Virus record (IMG/VR): IMGVR_UViG_3300019784_001933
Coordinates: 1-40,224 of that record
DNA from: a virus
Lineage: Duplodnaviria; Caudoviricetes
Strand: one strand, 5' to 3'
DNA length: 40,224 nt
The notes beneath the pieces were generated by a model that was not told the origin of the DNA, made no database searches, and saw only the letters and a list, made by a program, of their open reading frames with translations. A program made the translations under genes and the position numbers. How positions within the stretch are numbered: the stretch's first letter is position 1; the number at the start of each line of letters is the position of its first letter. Positions 34,124-40,224 of the stretch are shown here, in pieces.

Positions 34124-34561
34124 ATGTCGGTCATCGAAACGCAGAGCTTGGCACGTTCAACCAAGCCATCCCCCAACAGTGAGGCCAGTGAAATGAGTAT
34201 CGCACTGCAAGCCCGGTCCCATATCGGGGCCATCGTTCAATTCGTCGCTCCAAGTTTGCCCATGAAGTCGGCACTGCCGCGTGTTGCGGCCTATGTCGGC
34301 ATCAATGCCCGCCGCGCCCGTGCGCTCTGGAACAAGGAGGCTCGCGCTGTGCTGGCCTCGGAAATCCATGCGCTTGAAGCCGCCCGCGCCCGCATCGCAG
34401 AGCGCATCATCACCAAAGAGATCAGCGACCATGCAAACACGCTCGAAGTTCATGCCTCCAGGCTGGCTCTCACGGACCCGGATTTTCATCGGACGGAGAT
34501 TGCTCGCCTTCGCCGGCTGGCTCAGCGGGCGCGCGATTTCCTTGATTGCGGGGAGGCGTAA
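34124..34561 (+). CDS. Putative HTH regulator (CII-like position)
   Basis: RVAAYVGINARRARALW..EAR; start 34124 or 34193. Confidence 0.6.
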   Translation: MSVIETQSLARSTKPSPNSEASEMSIALQARSHIGAIVQFVAPSLPMKSALPRVAAYVGINARRARALWNKEARAVLASEIHALEAARARIAERIITKEISDHANTLEVHASRLALTDPDFHRTEIARLRRLAQRARDFLDCGEA

Positions 34562-34564
34562 GCC

Positions 34565-35074
34565 ATGACCATCGCAGTCATCGAATACACACCCGACACC
34601 GTTGACCAGATGCTTGCCGATGCGCGCGCTCGTCGCGCCCGGCTGTATCGCCCCGGTCCTGATCCGGTCCGCAAGGTCGTCCAGCCTGAGCCTGAGCCGG
34701 AGGTGATCAAGCGCGATTACGTCCGCGACTGGTTGCAGCTTGCCATCCCTGAATCGACTAAGCCGGCGGTTCATCGCCTGATCCTCCGCATGGTCGCGGA
34801 TGCGTTCACCGTGACGTATCTGGAATTGATCGGGCAGGGCCGCACGGCAAAGGTCGTCCTGCCTCGCCAAGTGGCGTTCTACATCATGCGACACCACACA
34901 ACGATGTCGTTCCCCATGATCGGGAACTTCGTCGGCGGGCGGGATCACACCACGGTCCTGCATGGCGTCTCCAAGATGGAAGCGCGTCTCCAGAGCGACC
35001 CGATGCTCCGTCAGGTCGTCAACACCATCGTCGCCCGCATCCAGCCCGAACCCCAAGCGGAGGTTGAGCCGTGA
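34565..35074 (+). CDS. Stand-alone DnaA C-terminal (domain IV) DNA-binding protein
   Basis: R...VVLPRQVAFY......SFP.IG...GGRDHTTVLHGV.K. Confidence 0.9.
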   Translation: MTIAVIEYTPDTVDQMLADARARRARLYRPGPDPVRKVVQPEPEPEVIKRDYVRDWLQLAIPESTKPAVHRLILRMVADAFTVTYLELIGQGRTAKVVLPRQVAFYIMRHHTTMSFPMIGNFVGGRDHTTVLHGVSKMEARLQSDPMLRQVVNTIVARIQPEPQAEVEP

Positions 35075-35274
35075 CCAAAATCGTGGGGCGGTTCAACAAC
35101 CGCTATGGCATGAAGCGCATCCCGTTTGCGCCCCATAGTCACAACTATGGGGGCGAGGCCGAAGCCAACACGTTACGCCGCGAGATGGAGGAGATCGAGC
35201 GCGATACCGAGCGCTACGTCGGACAGGCCCGCCAGATCATCGAGCGCGAGCGGGTTCGGGAGGGCGAGCGGTGA
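35071..35274 (+). CDS. Hypothetical protein
   Basis: 67 aa, GTGA-coupled at both ends. Confidence 0.55.
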   Translation: MTKIVGRFNNRYGMKRIPFAPHSHNYGGEAEANTLRREMEEIERDTERYVGQARQIIERERVREGER

Positions 35275-35615
35275 AGGTTTCCCTGCAAGCCCTCGGCCGC
35301 ATGAAGACCGGCGCCATGAACAAGACGGAAGCCGCTTATGAGGGCTTCCTGCGGACGCTTGCGGCCTGCGGCGATGTCGTCTGGTGGAAGTTCGAGGGCG
35401 TGAAGCTGCGGCTTGCAGACAACACGTTCTATAGCCCCGACTTCCTCGTCATGCGCTCTAACGGCGCGCTCGAATGCCATGAAGTCAAAGGCTTCTGGAC
35501 CGACGATGCGCGCGTGAAGATTAAGGTCGCAGCCGACATCTATCCCATGCAGTTCATCGCGGTCCAGGCCCTTCCCAAGGCCAAGGGCGGCGGTTGGAAA
35601 GTGGAGGCTTTCTGA
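35271..35615 (+). CDS. PD-(D/E)xK nuclease (DUF1064-like)
   Basis: MNKTE..Y...YSPDFLV...HEVKG. Confidence 0.8.
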   Translation: MKVSLQALGRMKTGAMNKTEAAYEGFLRTLAACGDVVWWKFEGVKLRLADNTFYSPDFLVMRSNGALECHEVKGFWTDDARVKIKVAADIYPMQFIAVQALPKAKGGGWKVEAF

Positions 35616-36337
35616 TGGCGCGCGTTGAGCATCTGTCGGACGACGTGGTAATGATGCTGGGCGATTGTCTAGACTTATTACCGGGTGTCCCCCGTCACGA
35701 TGCGGTCGTGACAGATCCGCCGTATGGGATAGGTGAGAGCGCCGGCAAGGCAAAGACTCGGACGAGCAGTCTGGGGAGAAAAACCAAGAGCGCCCAGATC
35801 TATCGCAAAGACTACGGCGACGATGACTGGGACGCCAAGCCGATTGACGCGGCGCTGATGGATGCCGTCCGCGCTGCGGGCAAGTGGAACATCATTTTCG
35901 GCGGAAACTACTACGAATTGCCAGCAACGTCCTGCTGGCTCGTATGGGACAAGCTCAACGGCGACACGGACTTTGCGGATTGCGAGCTGGCTTGGACGAA
36001 TATGCCCAAGGCTGTTCGGCGCATCAAATACCTTTGGAACGGATGCATGCGCGCTAATCGTGAGACGCGCGGCGACCACCCGACGCAAAAGCCTGTCGGC
36101 GTCATGTCATGGGCTCTGAAGCAGCTACCGGCTGATGCTCGGACGGTCATCGACCCATTTGCCGGGTCAGGCACAACGGGTGTCGCCTGTGTTCTGGCGG
36201 GCTTGTCGTTCACCGGCATTGAGCGCGAAGCCCGCTACTTCGACGCCGCCTGCCGTCGCATCTCCGACGAGCTACGCCGCCCCCGTCTCCAGCTTGAGCC
36301 CGTCGCCAAGCCTGTTCAGGAGGCATTGTCGCTATGA
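35615..36337 (+). CDS. Amino (N6A/N4C) DNA methyltransferase, beta-class order
   Basis: VTDPPYG, HPTQKPV, IDPFAGSGTT, GIE. Confidence 0.9.
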   Translation: MARVEHLSDDVVMMLGDCLDLLPGVPRHDAVVTDPPYGIGESAGKAKTRTSSLGRKTKSAQIYRKDYGDDDWDAKPIDAALMDAVRAAGKWNIIFGGNYYELPATSCWLVWDKLNGDTDFADCELAWTNMPKAVRRIKYLWNGCMRANRETRGDHPTQKPVGVMSWALKQLPADARTVIDPFAGSGTTGVACVLAGLSFTGIEREARYFDAACRRISDELRRPRLQLEPVAKPVQEALSL

Positions 36338-37134
36338 GCTGGCTCCGCTGGTGGGACGGCACGTGCTCCGATCCGAAATGGCGCGTCATCGCGGTTCGGT
36401 CTGGCCAGCCTGTCGGCAACATCGTTGCCATATGGGCATGGCTGCTTGAGCGCGCTCGGCAGGCAGACGGCAACCTTGGCGAGATCGACGCCGAAGAGAT
36501 CGCCGTGACGTATGGCTATGAGCCGGAAGGCGTCGAAGCCGTTCTGCGGGCGTTTGCTGATAAGGGCCTGATCGAAGACGGCGGCATCCGCAACTGGAGG
36601 AAGCGCCAGCCCAAGCGCGAGGACGATAGCCGGGAGCGGGTCAAGGCTTGGCGCGAAAAGCAAGCTGGAAAACCCGTTACAGCAACGCAGGCAGAGCCGC
36701 GTAACGCATCTGTAACGCACGGTAACGCGCCAGAAGCAGAAGCAGAGACAGATATTCAGTTAGCTGACGCTAACTGCCCGGCAGAGCCGGCGCCGAAGCC
36801 TGCCATGTCTCCGAAGGATCAGCTTTGGACTGACGGCGTGGCAACGCTGGAGACGATGCACATCGCGGCCCCGAAGGCCCGCAGCATGATCGGCAAATGG
36901 CTGAAGGACACCGCCGGCGACGCTGGCCGGGTGCATTGGGCCATTGGCGAGGCCGCGATCCATGGCAGCGGCGACCCGATCCCCTACATCGCCCGCGTTC
37001 TCTCCGACCGACCGACCGGGCCTCCCCATCGCCAAGCCAATAACCGCCGCAGCCTAGCCGATGCACTGCACAGGATTATTCCCGATGAACAACCCGAACA
37101 GCCATCATTCCCACGCCTCGCCTTCGGCGGCTAA
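36334..37134 (+). CDS. Replication initiator (O-like)
   Basis: MSWLRWW....DPKW wHTH N-terminus, NWRKRQ, internal iterons, DP..YI C-terminus. Confidence 0.75.
   Translation: MSWLRWWDGTCSDPKWRVIAVRSGQPVGNIVAIWAWLLERARQADGNLGEIDAEEIAVTYGYEPEGVEAVLRAFADKGLIEDGGIRNWRKRQPKREDDSRERVKAWREKQAGKPVTATQAEPRNASVTHGNAPEAEAETDIQLADANCPAEPAPKPAMSPKDQLWTDGVATLETMHIAAPKARSMIGKWLKDTAGDAGRVHWAIGEAAIHGSGDPIPYIARVLSDRPTGPPHRQANNRRSLADALHRIIPDEQPEQPSFPRLAFGG
36675..36754. repeat. Putative replication origin iterons
   Basis: GTAACGC at 36701, 36712, 36722; GCAACGC at 36682; inverted CGTTAC at 36675; CAGA(A/G/T)N hexamer x4 at 36731-36754. Confidence 0.65.
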
Positions 37135-37690
37135 GGCCGCTCTGCTCGCCCTGTTCGAAGCCTTTCCGGCAGACCGTGGCGAGGGCTCGCTTGCGGTCGG
37201 AACCTATCTGATCGCCATCGAGGGCTATTCGCTGCGAGCCATTGAAGGCGCCGTAAAGCGCATCATTCGCGGCGAGGTGTCCGACATCGACCGCCGCTTT
37301 CTGCCCAGCCCTGCCCAGCTTGGCAACGTCTGCGCCTATCTTGAAAAGCTCTATGCCCCACCGGAGCCGGTCAAGGCCCTGCCGGCGCCTGGCGATGGCG
37401 AACGGACGCCGGAGGAGCAGGCCCGCATCGACGCCATAGTCGGCAAATGGCGCAAGGACAACGGGCGCCATCAGGTCGGTGGCGAGATCATCACTGACCG
37501 CGAAGCTGTGCCTGCCGCTCGTCTGGCCGCACTTGACGCCGCTGTGAAGCAGGCCGCCGCGAAGATGAAGGCTGAGAGCTATCGCCTATCCCCGGAGGCC
37601 CTTGCGACCTTCAACAAGTCTCATCTCGACACCGTAGCCGTAGACGATCCCGCCTCTCAGTTCGACCAGTGGGAAGGGAGGGCCGCCTAG
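37085..37690 (+). CDS. Putative replication accessory / helicase loader (P-like position)
   Basis: Y..AIEGYS..AI..AV.....G......FLPSPAQL; follows the initiator. Confidence 0.55.
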   Translation: MNNPNSHHSHASPSAAKAALLALFEAFPADRGEGSLAVGTYLIAIEGYSLRAIEGAVKRIIRGEVSDIDRRFLPSPAQLGNVCAYLEKLYAPPEPVKALPAPGDGERTPEEQARIDAIVGKWRKDNGRHQVGGEIITDREAVPAARLAALDAAVKQAAAKMKAESYRLSPEALATFNKSHLDTVAVDDPASQFDQWEGRAA

Positions 37691-37748
37691 TGAGTTCTGG
37701 CCGGAACCTCGCGGATGCCACCCAAAATCAAAACCCAAAGGATCAGAC

Positions 37749-38285
37749 ATGAGCAAGCAAGGCCGCAAGCGAAAGCCAAACGTCAAGCGCACGCCCTCCG
37801 GGGCCATCAGCAGAGCAGGACAGGACCCCCGCATGGTCGCACTCGCACAGCATCACCGCGCCGGCAAGCTCTCGGAATGGCGAGGCACCACTGTTGGCCG
37901 TCTCCTCGAAGACGACCGCACCCACACCACCGGCCTCAGTCGCGACGCCCTCCACAGGGCCGCTGTAAGGCTTTCCGAGATGCACGCAGCATGGCAGGCA
38001 GCCATCGCCTCACGCCGCCCCATGGCCGTCACAAGCGGCGGAACGGGCGCACCTGAGGACGAGGACCGCACCATCCGCGCCATCGAGGCATACACGAAGG
38101 TCAACACGGTACTGCAACAGGCAGGCCAGCCCATCCGGCAAGCCACTCTCGTCCTGTGCACCGAACACCATCCCGAGGACTGGCAACCGCCGTTCCATCT
38201 TGCCTATCAGGCGGTCGAAGGGCTCAAGCTCTTGGCCGAGCATTTCGGCTTGGAGGTGCTTGGGGAAGACCGCCGGGCCGCTTGA
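37749..38285 (+). CDS. Putative late-transcription regulator (Q position)
   Basis: Basic GRKRK...R.PSG..SR N-terminus, GL..LA.HFG C-terminus; directly upstream of the promoter/terminator preceding terS. Confidence 0.55.
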   Translation: MSKQGRKRKPNVKRTPSGAISRAGQDPRMVALAQHHRAGKLSEWRGTTVGRLLEDDRTHTTGLSRDALHRAAVRLSEMHAAWQAAIASRRPMAVTSGGTGAPEDEDRTIRAIEAYTKVNTVLQQAGQPIRQATLVLCTEHHPEDWQPPFHLAYQAVEGLKLLAEHFGLEVLGEDRRAA

Positions 38286-38310
38286 CGCCAAGCCCCCGCC
38301 CGCGCATAAT
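38282..38310 (+). promoter_or_regulatory. Late promoter (pR'-like)
   Basis: TTGACG-17-CATAAT. Confidence 0.75.
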
Positions 38311-38326
38311 AGAGCATTCCGATTTG

Positions 38327-38358
38327 CGCCCGCAGGCTCGCCGCCTTGCGGGCGTTTT
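38327..38358 (+). terminator. tR'-like terminator upstream of terS
   Basis: CGCCCGCAGGC...GCCTTGCGGGCG then TTTT. Confidence 0.7.
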
Positions 38359-38397
38359 GCGTTCAGGCGTTTGAAAAACAATCAACGGAAATCAAAG

Positions 38398-38676
38398 ATG
38401 GCCAAGGGCGGTTCAAGGCCCGGCGCAGGGCGTAAGCCTGGAGTGCGAAACAAGCGCACAGCGGCCAAGGTGGCAGAGGTCGAAGCGTCAGGGCTGACCC
38501 CGCTCGATTACATGCTGCAAATCCTTCGTGACGAGCTAGCCGACAAGGACGCTCGGATGGACGCGGCCAAGGCTGCGGCGCCTTACGTTCATGCGCGGCT
38601 GGCGGCTGTTGAGCATTCAACCGACCCCGAAAATCCCATGGGCGTCACCTTCACATGGCAGCAGCCCAGCGGATAG
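38398..38676 (+). CDS. terS: Terminase small subunit
   Basis: GGSRPGAGRKPG..NK...TPLDYML...RMDAAKAAAPYVH.RL. Confidence 0.85.
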   Translation: MAKGGSRPGAGRKPGVRNKRTAAKVAEVEASGLTPLDYMLQILRDELADKDARMDAAKAAAPYVHARLAAVEHSTDPENPMGVTFTWQQPSG

Positions 38677-40004
38677 TCATACCGTATAGCCCGCGCCGGC
38701 AGTTCATGCCGCTGCACACGCGCACACAGCGCTGGGCTTGCGTGGTGGCACACCGAAGGGCAGGCAAGACCGTTGCGTGTGTCAACGAGCTCATCCGGGG
38801 TGCGCTGACCAGCACAAAGCAGGAGCCGCGCTTCGCATACGTCGCGCCATACTACGCGCAGGCCAAGGACGCGGCTTGGACGTACCTGAAGCGGTTCTGC
38901 TCGGTCATTCCAGGCGCGGAGCCGAACGAGAGCGAGCTTCGGGTCGATCTGCCCAACGGGGCGCGCATCAGGCTTTACGGCGCCGACAACTACGACCGCA
39001 TGAGAGGCGGCTATCTCGACGGCGTGATTCTGGACGAATACGCCGACATGGACCCGAACGCCTGGTCCGAGGTCATCCGCCCGATGCTGGCGGATCGCAT
39101 TGGCTGGGCCATCTTCATCGGCACGCCCAAGGGCAAGAACGCATTCTGGGAGTTGTGGGACAGGTCGAACACCTCGCCCGATTGGCTTCCGCTGATGCTG
39201 CGGGCCTCGGAGACGGGGCTGGTCGCCAAGGCCGAGCTTGACGATGCGCGGGCGATGATGACGCCCGAGCAGTACGAGCAGGAGTTCGAGTGCTCGTTCG
39301 ATGCGGCGATTGTGGGCAGCTACTACGGCTCCGACATCGCCAAGATTGAGCGCGCAGGCCAGATCACCACGGTTGAGCATGACCCGCTGTTGCCGGTCTA
39401 TACGACGTGGGACTTGGGTATCGGTGACAGCACGTCGATCTGGCTTTGGCAGGCCATCGGCAAGCAGATCAGGGTGATCGACCACATCGAGGACCACGGC
39501 AAGGGCCTGCCACATTACGTCGCTGAACTGAACGCCCGCAAGTTCGATTATGCCGAAGACTTCGTCCCGCATGACGCCCGCGCCCGTGAGCTAGGGACAG
39601 GCCGCACGCGGGTTGAAACGCTCATGGCGCTAGGCCGCAAGCCTCGCGTTGTCCCGATGCACACTGTGATGGACGGGATCAACGCCGCTCGCGTGCTGAT
39701 GCCGAACGTCTGGTTCGACAAGGACAAGTGCGCGAAGGGCATCGAAGCGCTGCGCCAGTATCGCCGCGAGTACGACGACAAGACGCGGGCCTTCCGCGAG
39801 CGCCCGCTTCACGATTGGACATCGCACGCTGCCGACGCCTTTCGCTATCTGGCGATGGCTTATCGCGAACTGACGCCGCGCGCTCCCGACAAGCCCAAGC
39901 CCGTCGAATTGCAATACCACGTCAACGATGCAGGCCAGCTCACCTCGAATATGAGCGTTCGCGAGATCGTTGAAATGAAGATGAGACGGAAGGCGCGAGA
40001 CTGA
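38655..40004 (+). CDS. terL: Terminase large subunit
   Basis: HRRAGKT (Walker A), VILDE (Walker B), IGTPKG, WDLG..D, SHAADAFRY nuclease. Confidence 0.95.
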   Translation: MAAAQRIVIPYSPRRQFMPLHTRTQRWACVVAHRRAGKTVACVNELIRGALTSTKQEPRFAYVAPYYAQAKDAAWTYLKRFCSVIPGAEPNESELRVDLPNGARIRLYGADNYDRMRGGYLDGVILDEYADMDPNAWSEVIRPMLADRIGWAIFIGTPKGKNAFWELWDRSNTSPDWLPLMLRASETGLVAKAELDDARAMMTPEQYEQEFECSFDAAIVGSYYGSDIAKIERAGQITTVEHDPLLPVYTTWDLGIGDSTSIWLWQAIGKQIRVIDHIEDHGKGLPHYVAELNARKFDYAEDFVPHDARARELGTGRTRVETLMALGRKPRVVPMHTVMDGINAARVLMPNVWFDKDKCAKGIEALRQYRREYDDKTRAFRERPLHDWTSHAADAFRYLAMAYRELTPRAPDKPKPVELQYHVNDAGQLTSNMSVREIVEMKMRRKARD

Positions 40005-40224
40005 TGATTTCACTGGGCATCGGTCTGGGCCTCACGCATGGGGGTGGTGGCGGCTACAATCCCGTCTCCGCGCTCGGCGCCGATCTGCTGGCCTATTGGG
40101 ATGCCGACCGCACTGACCTGATGACGCGAGACGGGTCCAACCTGATTTCGTCCTGGCGTGATGTCGTGGCCGGCGCCGACCTGACGCAGCCGACAAGCAC
40201 GCTTCAGCCGGCATGGTCCGCGAT
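40004..40224 (+). CDS. 5' part of head-spike fibre protein (continues at position 1)
   Basis: TGATG-coupled to terL; MISLGIGLGLTHGGGGG resembles the RcGTA Rcc01080 N-terminus MIALGLGLGL as I recall it. Confidence 0.75.
   Translation, partial: MISLGIGLGLTHGGGGGYNPVSALGADLLAYWDADRTDLMTRDGSNLISSWRDVVAGADLTQPTSTLQPAWSA
40098..40223. repeat. Terminal overlap, right copy
   Basis: Identical to 1-126. Confidence 0.95.

Noticed and set aside
35271-36337. Restriction-modification pair
   Set aside because: The 114-aa nuclease resembles common phage DUF1064-type proteins and is small for a type II restriction enzyme.
1-40224. Diversity-generating retroelement, retron or CRISPR array
   Set aside because: No reverse transcriptase motif, no TR/VR pair and no regularly spaced repeats seen by eye.

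Overview
Apparently complete ~40.1-kb genome of a temperate, short-tailed (podovirus-type, P22-like gene order) phage of an alphaproteobacterium, probably Hyphomicrobiales. It is in circular/excised form: 1-126 repeats at 40098-40223, and an intact attP lies internally. Circular order: terS-terL, RcGTA-like head-spike genes, portal, decoration/scaffold/major capsid, adaptor/nozzle/GNAT, four ejection proteins, an antisense membrane gene, tail fibre, a Tat-exported transglutaminase-like moron, lysis genes (GH19 endolysin, holin), an HTH-metallophosphoesterase, a leftward accessory operon (NT5C-like nucleotidase, MazG-like, HNH) facing an RHH repressor, attP (3' half of tRNA-Val(CAC)), int/xis, a pL operon (HNH, NinB, ERF), cI/cro with 17-bp operators, and a pR operon (GIY-YIG, GapR-like, HNH-AP2, DnaA domain IV, MTase, replication initiator). 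The most striking candidate system is at the immunity region. The CI lacks a RecA-cleavable S24 domain, and its 3' end is overlapped antisense by a small ORF that sits behind an alphaproteobacterial LexA-type box and resembles CI's own C-terminal helices. I infer an SOS-induced, SinI-like mimic antirepressor. All family calls come from motif recognition by eye; no database searches were run.
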